In this document: piece by piece, positions 61,022 through 64,000 of the stretch
Layout of the letters: each line of letters begins with the position of its first letter
Position numbering within the stretch: position 1 is the stretch's first letter
Assembly (NCBI GenBank): GCA_964016885.1
Contig: OZ024740.1
Location: 409,820,001-409,884,000, forward strand
Source: Eledone cirrhosa
Taxonomy: Eukaryota
Reading direction: 5' to 3'
DNA: 64,000 bases
The notes under the pieces: model-generated
Database searches by the model: none
What the model was told of the DNA's origin: nothing
What the model saw: the letters and a program-made list of their open reading frames with translations, nothing else
Made by a program: the position numbers and the translations under genes

Positions 61022-64000
61022 ATCATCATCATCATCATCATCACCGTTTTACGTCCGTTCTTCCACGCTAGCATGGGTTAGACGGGTTGTCCTGTTGTGG
61101 GCAGTGTCTGGTCGGCTGACCATGCCTTGCTCATACAGGAACTGATCTGGCTTGATTTCTACAGCTGGATGCCCTTCCTAACACCAACCTCATTTACAGT
61201 GAGTGCTGGGTGCTTTTTCGTGGCGCCTACACGTCCACTTTACAGTGTGGGCTGGGTGCTTTTTTGCCGTGGCACCTCCACGACCACCATGCGGTGGGGG
61301 GGGGGGGGGCATATTGTTTATATGCTTCAGCATGTACCCATGGGAGGTCGGGTACCCTGTATTACTGCGTGACGCCAGAAGTCACGGTCGTGTGTCATTG
61401 ACTTTGAGAGGTGTAGTTGGGTAAGGTCGGCTTTTATCACCTCATCCCAAGTCATCTTGGGTCTCCCCACTCCGCGGTTTCCATCAACTTCTAGTGCTCT
61501 GCACCTTTTTATGCAGCTGTCATCCTTCATACGCATCACATGTCCATACCAGCGTAACCGCCTCTCCTGCACGCAGCATTTGATTCCTCTTATGCTCAGT
61601 CTCTCTCTCAATTCATTTATGCTTTGTCGTTCACGTATATTACTGTTACACATCCATCGGAGCATGCAGGCTTCGTTTCTCTCTAATCTACGTAAGTCTT
61701 CCACCTTCAGCGCCCAGGTCTCACTACCATGCAACATCGCTGTTCGGATACACGCATCATACAGTCTGCCTTTCATTCTGAGGGAGAAGCCTTTTGCAGC
61801 TAGCAGTGGTAGTAGTTCCCTAAACTTCTTCCATCCCGTTCTTACCCTAGTTATTGTACTTTCTGAGCACCCACCTCCGTTGCTAATTCGGTCACCTAAG
61901 TAGCAGAAGCTGTCTACTGTTTCTACAGGGCCCTCCCAGAGATTGGTGGTACTTGTTTCCTGTGGCTGTTTGCTTGCTGTTTCAGCACAGCTGCTGCATG
62001 TGAATCCTACATTCTTAATTAAGCTTCCTGAGATCCCGCTACATCTCTTGTGTACCCATTGTTTGCATTTGGGGCAAAGAATGGAGTTCCTACCTACACC
62101 TTTCCTACATACTGAGCAAGGCCATTTCCCTGAGGGGATCTGGGTTCTGTTTTCTCGTCTACTTATAAGGACCTTAGTCTTTGTCATGTTGACTTTGAGG
62201 CCCTTTCTCTCTAGTCCCTGCTTCCAGGTTTGGAATTTATTCTCTAGTTCTACCATAGATTCAGCTATGAGTGCGAGGTCATCAGCATACAGGAGTTCCC
62301 ATGGGCATCCGGTCTTAAACTCCTCCGTTATTGCCTGCAGGACTATGATGAACAGGAGAGGGCTAAGAACAGAGCCCTGGTGGACCCCAACCTGTACGCT
62401 AAATTCCTCGCTATACTCATTGCCAATCCTAACTTTGCTGACTGCTCCCCTATACATGGCTTGTACCGCTTTCACAAGCCATTCATCTACTCCTAGTTTT
62501 CTAAGAGCCCACCAGATTACTGCACGTGGAACTCTGTCAAAGGCTTTCTCAAGGTCGACAAATGCCAAGTAGAGTGGCTTACTTTTAGCTAGGTACTTTT
62601 CCTGTAATTGCCTCACAAGGAAGAGCGCATCAGTGGTGCCTTTCCCTGGTACAAACCCAAATTGCATCTCGTCTATATTCACCCGGTCCCTAATCAGCTG
62701 TGCTATAACTCTTTCTGTTACTTTCATGACCTGGTCCATCAACTTTATACCTCTATAGTTTCCTCTATCTAGTGCATCGCCTTTACCCTTGTAGCAGTAG
62801 CAGTTGACAATGATGCTACTGCACCAATCTTTTGGTATGGCCCCCTCTAGTATTACCTGGTTAACAATACGTGTGGTTATAGTGTGACCTACAGACCCAG
62901 ATGCCTTCAGCATCTCGGCAGCTATACCCGATGGACCGGTTGCCTTCCCTATCTTCATATCTCTGATTGCCTTACTTACTACGCTGCCGCTGACTTGTAC
63001 TGCTGGTCCCTCTATAGGGTCTACGTGGGGTAGGGTCTCTTCTTCCCATGCATTCTCCTCATTTAGTAATCTATCATAATGACTCTTCCATGCATCTTTC
63101 TTCTCAGCACTTGTGAGGGCAAGCTCACCTTTATCATTCCGGATACACTTCTCTCCAATGACATCACAACTATCTCTGACACACTGCCTCGCAATCTTGA
63201 ATACCTCCTGTTTCTGGTCCTCACGTTGTAAAACATGCTTGAATTTTTTATCCTCTGCTTCCCTCCTAGCTAAGTATACTTGTCGCCTAGCTTCCCTCTT
63301 GGTCTCTATGTAATGTACCCTGCTCCCCCCGTTCTTCCATTCTTTCCATGCCTGTCTCTTGGCCTTGACTGCTTCATCTACCTTATTGTTCCACCACCAA
63401 GTCACTCTCCTCCTGCTTGAGGTCTTACTCCAGCCACAAACCTCATCCGTCGCCTCTAGTAAGTTATTTTTTAGGAACTCCCAATGCTCTTCTACATTGA
63501 ATGTCTCTATCTGTTCTTCTTTACTGTCGTAGGCGTTGAGTAAAATATCTTTAAATCTGTTACTGGTTGAGGGGACTTTCAGCTTCCAGATCTTTCTTCT
63601 CCAGGTTGGCCTCTGTTTCAGGGCTCGTCTAGTTCTGACCGTGAGGTCGCTGACAACTAAGCTATGTTGGGATGTACATTCCTCACTAGGGAAGGCTTTT
63701 GTGTTTACGACCGTCCATCTGTCACGTCCTCTGATGAGGATAAAATCTAACTGACTAGAGTGCTCCCCTGATCTATAGGTGATCAGGTGGTTGTCGGGTT
63801 TTTTAAAGTTTGTGTTACATATCGACATGTCATTGGCGTCGCAGAATTCTAGAAGTCTGAATCCTTCCTCATTCCTTGTGCCAACTCCATGGCCTCCATG
63901 TACTCTATTGAAGCCGTCGCAGTGTTTACCTACATGTCCGTTAAAATCTCCTGCAATGATTAGGAAGTCCTTGTCGTCTGTTAGAGCAGTAGTGTGTATT
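61022..64000 (-). mobile_element. Young RTE-clade LINE, extending beyond the window, with 3' UTR and (GAT)n tail
   Basis: Uninterrupted ORF, a ~300-nt UTR and the tail at 61022-61043. Confidence 0.95.
61327..64000 (-). CDS. RTE ORF: APE endonuclease, RT and embedded PHD-like finger
   Basis: AGDFNGHVG, QLDFIL and SQH (APE); QFGF, FVDLEKAFD, GVHQGSVLSP and YADD (RT); C4HC3 finger. The frame stays open upstream of the listed Met to the window edge. Confidence 0.95.
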   Translation of the reverse strand, partial: IHTTALTDDKDFLIIAGDFNGHVGKHCDGFNRVHGGHGVGTRNEEGFRLLEFCDANDMSICNTNFKKPDNHLITYRSGEHSSQLDFILIRGRDRWTVVNTKAFPSEECTSQHSLVVSDLTVRTRRALKQRPTWRRKIWKLKVPSTSNRFKDILLNAYDSKEEQIETFNVEEHWEFLKNNLLEATDEVCGWSKTSSRRRVTWWWNNKVDEAVKAKRQAWKEWKNGGSRVHYIETKREARRQVYLARREAEDKKFKHVLQREDQKQEVFKIARQCVRDSCDVIGEKCIRNDKGELALTSAEKKDAWKSHYDRLLNEENAWEEETLPHVDPIEGPAVQVSGSVVSKAIRDMKIGKATGPSGIAAEMLKASGSVGHTITTRIVNQVILEGAIPKDWCSSIIVNCYCYKGKGDALDRGNYRGIKLMDQVMKVTERVIAQLIRDRVNIDEMQFGFVPGKGTTDALFLVRQLQEKYLAKSKPLYLAFVDLEKAFDRVPRAVIWWALRKLGVDEWLVKAVQAMYRGAVSKVRIGNEYSEEFSVQVGVHQGSVLSPLLFIIVLQAITEEFKTGCPWELLYADDLALIAESMVELENKFQTWKQGLERKGLKVNMTKTKVLISRRENRTQIPSGKWPCSVCRKGVGRNSILCPKCKQWVHKRCSGISGSLIKNVGFTCSSCAETASKQPQETSTTNLWEGPVETVDSFCYLGDRISNGGGCSESTITRVRTGWKKFRELLPLLAAKGFSLRMKGRLYDACIRTAMLHGSETWALKVEDLRRLERNEACMLRWMCNSNIRERQSINELRERLSIRGIKCCVQERRLRWYGHVMRMKDDSCIKRCRALEVDGNRGVGRPKMTWDEVIKADLTQLHLSKSMTHDRDFWRHAVIQGTRPPMGTC

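Noticed and set aside
61457-63754. Plus-strand ORFs of up to 209 aa opposite the RTE
   Set aside because: Antisense shadows of the RT ORF with no independent motifs.

Overview
This is AT-rich, repeat-dense animal DNA. It is most likely from an octopod cephalopod, inferred from the dominant ~180-bp SINE, the TTAA/CCCTTTAGCATT MITEs and the RTE LINE families. Two spliced host genes are visible, both on +. The first is the last two exons of a divergent calmodulin-like EF-hand gene (905-3650). The second is the first five exons of a Pro-rich protein gene (ATG at 30132; exons at 38157, 54762, 58335, 60062), possibly PRPF40-like. The rest is mostly mobile DNA: several RTE LINE families (one apparently intact ORF with a PHD finger inside the RT), CRE-like REL non-LTR fragments, mariner, hAT and piggyBac derivatives, Gypsy/LTR remnants, SINEs and microsatellites. 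The most notable unannotated signal is a set of five type I hammerhead ribozyme motifs, from four unrelated sequence contexts, with unusually long stem II and mostly next to (TA)n tracts. These occur alongside several long fold-back palindromes whose central stem abuts a GAAAC/GAAAT motif. Also notable are an LTR that carries its 5' end at both termini and two near-identical inverted piggyBac copies bracketing a single host exon. All calls were made by eye; no searches or folding programs were run.
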